A stretch of DNA of 64,000 nt from Octopus sinensis (lineage: Eukaryota): the NCBI RefSeq assembly GCF_006345805.1, contig NC_043004.1, forward strand, positions 18,786,001 through 18,850,000. Direction: 5' to 3'. Within the stretch, counting starts at the first letter, position 1. The number at the start of each line of letters is the position of its first letter. The notes beneath the pieces are model-generated. The model worked only from the letters and a program-made list of their open reading frames with translations. It did not search any database and was not told the DNA's origin. Shown in pieces: positions 63,300 to 64,000 of this stretch. The translations under genes were made by a program, and so were the position numbers.

Positions 63300-64000
63300 T
63301 ATATGTTTGATACCACCTCGTGTATGTGTGCTTTAATTGGTTTCAACTTCTAAAAACATTTTAAAAATAAGTAGACACATAGAATTAAGAGATATTCCAT
63401 TTTGATTTAAAATGTCGTATAGCCTAGAATGAATACCAACGAAGAAACCTTAGTTTATCAAGATTTTCGAAGAGAATGAAGGAATTTACTGGACCTGTTC
63501 ATTCCAAATCCCCCCAGTATATGTCAATTATAACAAAATGGAGAAATCCATTAAAACAAAATATTTTCGATAATCTTCTAACGAATTCAGTGAAACATTC
63601 ACTGATATTTGAATGATGCCAACATAAGCAATCTTTGAATAAAATTTTGCTAAAATATTTCATCCAAGTTTTATCGTATGGACACAACTCTTTGAGAAAA
63701 CAGTTATGAAGCGTACATATAATTACGCATACACTCGGGATTATTTACATGGAAATATTGTTTCTTATTACATCATTAATTTGAACTGTAGAATAAAATC
63801 AAGCACAATATAAATTATAATGTTATTCTAACAACTAGTCAAAACTGTATTTAAAAAAAGAATTATTCTCCACCTACAATAAATTTGACGCAAACGTTAA
63901 ACTACATGAATTACGTACAGTAAAGTTTGTTTGTGATCACAAGCTGCTCTGAAATAGATTAATAGCAACATATTTAATACTTTAATGGAAATTCCACTAA

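Overview
AT-rich, microsatellite-dense eukaryotic DNA with no host protein-coding gene I can support. The SINE families, the (TA)n/(TG)n/(TATC)n/(TAA)n load and the TE repertoire point to a coleoid cephalopod, most likely Octopus (inference). Almost all interpretable sequence is mobile DNA. It includes a young, nearly intact Neptune-like Penelope-like element (PLE; RT + GIY-YIG, 32050-35815, minus strand) and relics of at least three other PLE lineages. There is also a near full-length R4/Dong LINE (RT + restriction-like endonuclease) in (TAA)n with related fragments, CR1 and L1/Tx1 relics, mariner/Tc1/Tigger relics, MITEs, a Helentron-like non-autonomous element and three tRNA-derived SINE families. 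The ORF track cannot show the most notable signal: five type I hammerhead ribozymes readable by eye (12860, 32196, 36005, 36330, 37084). One sits at the tip of a retrozyme-like rod and two sit in a divergent foldback with an unusually long stem II. The intact PLE also has an ORF1/RT overlap with a U-UUU-UUU heptamer that suggests -1 frameshifting. Most short ORFs in the track are microsatellite artefacts. Boundaries of degenerate elements are approximate and all family assignments are by eye.
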